A stretch of 64,000 nucleotides of DNA, from assembly GCF_009914755.1 (NCBI RefSeq), contig NC_060939.1. One strand, written 5' to 3'. Positions 61,668-64,000 of the stretch are shown piece by piece. Origin of the DNA: the human T2T-CHM13v2.0 reference genome, Homo sapiens. Numbering within the stretch: the stretch's first letter is position 1; every line of letters starts with the position of its first letter. Both the position numbers and the translations under genes were made by a program. A model generated the notes under the pieces. The model was not told where the DNA came from. It was given only the letters and a program-made list of their open reading frames with translations, and made no database searches.

Positions 61668-61935
61668 GCCTACAATCCTAGCACTTTGGGAGGTGGAGAT
61701 GGGTAGATCACTTGAGGTCAGGAGTTTGAGACCAACCTGGCTAACACAGTGAAACCCCGTCTCTACTAAAAATAGAAAAATTAGCCAGAAGTTGTGGCCC
61801 ACCCCTGTAATCCTAGCTATTCCAGAGGCTGAGAATCACTTAAACCCAGGAGGGAGAGGTTGCAGTGAACTGAGATAGTGCCACTGCACTCCAACATGGG
61901 CTATAGAGCAAGATTCTGTCTCAAAAAGAAAAAAA
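61668..61935 (+). mobile_element. 5'-truncated AluS
   Basis: TSD aaaagttagaatta / aaaaggtagaatta. Confidence 0.9.
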
Positions 61936-63668
61936 GGTAGAATTATATGAAATGTGCACTCAGAAAAGTTTTCCTTCATCTTTATCTTCTCCACTCTACT
62001 CATCAGAACCCCATCCCCACTGAACATGCAATTATTTTCCTTAGTTTCTATTTTGCAAACTAAGCAAATATATAAATATTATTATTTGTATTTGTTTCTT
62101 ACACAAAAGATAACCATATACACCCTGCTTTGCATCTTGCTTTTTCATTTAACAGTGCATCCCAGAGACCACTGTACAAGTACGTGTTCATAGAGACTTT
62201 CCTCATTCTTTTATCAGCCTGCCTAGTACTCAGTATGCAAATGAACCACAATATATTCAACCAGTACCCCTGTTGAGGGGCATTTGAGTTGCTTTCCATC
62301 TTTTGCTTTAACAAATAATGCCACGATGAATAACCATGCACTTATTGGTGGAGTAATATCTTCAGGATAGATTCCTGGAATGAGATAGCTGGGTCAAGGG
62401 TAATTGTATATGCCTTTTGGTTAGACATTGCCAAATTCTCCATTTTGCATTCCAACCAGTAATGTGTGTGACAGCAGATACACAGAGTGAATGTCAAGCT
62501 TTTGGATTTTTATCAGTTTGGTAGGTGAGAAATGGTAGTTCAATGACATTTTAATATGCATTTCTCTAATTGTGGGACTGAACAGAGTTTTGAGTGTTGA
62601 AGAGCCACGTGCCTTTCTTTTTGTTATGAAATGTCTGCTCATGTCTTTTACTCATTTTTTTCTTAGGTTTTTGCCCTCTTTTTCTTCTCTATTTCCAAGA
62701 GCTCTTTATATGTGAACCCTTTCTCTGTGATACAGATTGCAAACGTTTCCCTGCAATGTGCCAATTGTCTTTGACTTTGTTTTTGGTGTGTTCTGTATCG
62801 GGGTTTATCTTTGGAAAAGGAGGAAGGTAAGAGACAAAAGCTGCTAGAGCTTCCTTAGCAGGATTTCAGGCCAAGAAAGCAGCCCAAATCACATGTGTAA
62901 ACATCCAGGAATCTGGAGACAGGAGCCATGGAGACTGTTGTGAGCCATCATGGCCATAACCCTCCTCCTCCCACTGAGCTCAGGGGATCCAGCAGACAAG
63001 GTGAGCAGTCCTCAGAGAGAGGCCAGGGGTCAGGTCCCTTGATGGGCTGGGTCTGTACAGAGGCTGTGAAATTCCTCCTGAGCTCAGCAGGACGTGGCAT
63101 TTGACTCTAGGAGAGCAGAGCATTCCAGACCCCACCCAGAACAGGGCATGAGGTAAGCCAGTCATGGGAGGAGAAGGGCAGGACCTGGGGTCAGTCCTGA
63201 GTGGGACCCTTGCTGACTCACCCCAGGCCATGGGGCCTTCCCACACCTATAAAGAAAGGGAAACACCAGAGATCCCAATTCTAGTACTAGAGGGAAGTTA
63301 GAGCTCCCAGCTGCCTCGGTGGACTCTGTATGTGCAAAACATGAAAACTAATATTAGAACTGCTAATAAATGTTGATATATATTGGCACTTACAGAGTTT
63401 ATAGTTTGAACTATATGGAATTTCTGTTTTACGAGGCAGAAATGGTTAAATATTAGCAATTTCATATGGCTCCATCCAAAATGTACCAGGAGTGTTCTAA
63501 ATGCTTTCTATGTATCATCCCATTGTATTCTCACAACAACCTTACAAGATAGATGCTTATCTGAGGAAATTGAGGCTCAGAGAAATGAGGCTCACCTTCA
63601 GCCTCCTCTCTCTTCTTCTCTGTCTGGCAATTTCTCCCAGACCAGAGCTCACTTACTGCCAGATGTTA

Positions 63669-63998
<330 letters not shown>

Positions 63999-64000
63999 TA

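Overview
This is primate, most likely human, genomic DNA that looks intergenic or intronic. It is dense in interspersed repeats: about 34 Alu/FLAM copies; old L1, L2, L3/CR1 and MIR fragments; MaLR LTRs (MLT1, THE1); a solo HERV-K(HML-5)-type LTR22; and hAT/Tigger DNA-transposon fossils. I found no recognisable protein-coding exon, rRNA, tRNA or CRISPR array. The supplied ORFs are best explained as Alu, L1, L2, CR1, tandem-repeat or GC-rich chance ORFs. The main non-repeat landmark is a central CpG island (~31.7-32.4 kb) with CCAAT/GC boxes and a long polypurine tract, flanked by Alu-poor blocks that contain enhancer-like motif clusters and a few candidate splice and poly(A) signals. I could not name the locus and see no evidence for a new multi-gene system. 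The best findings are structural: a diverged 12-bp minisatellite with 48-bp higher-order periodicity, split by an Alu; an old L1 with a twin-priming-type inversion; repeated retro-insertion into the same target site; a ~46-bp L1 3' remnant with TSDs; a 28-bp templated insert after an Alu tail; a closely spaced inverted Alu pair; and recent 42-bp and 89-bp tandem duplications. Repeat subfamily names come from recalled consensus sequences, and boundaries of old repeats are approximate.
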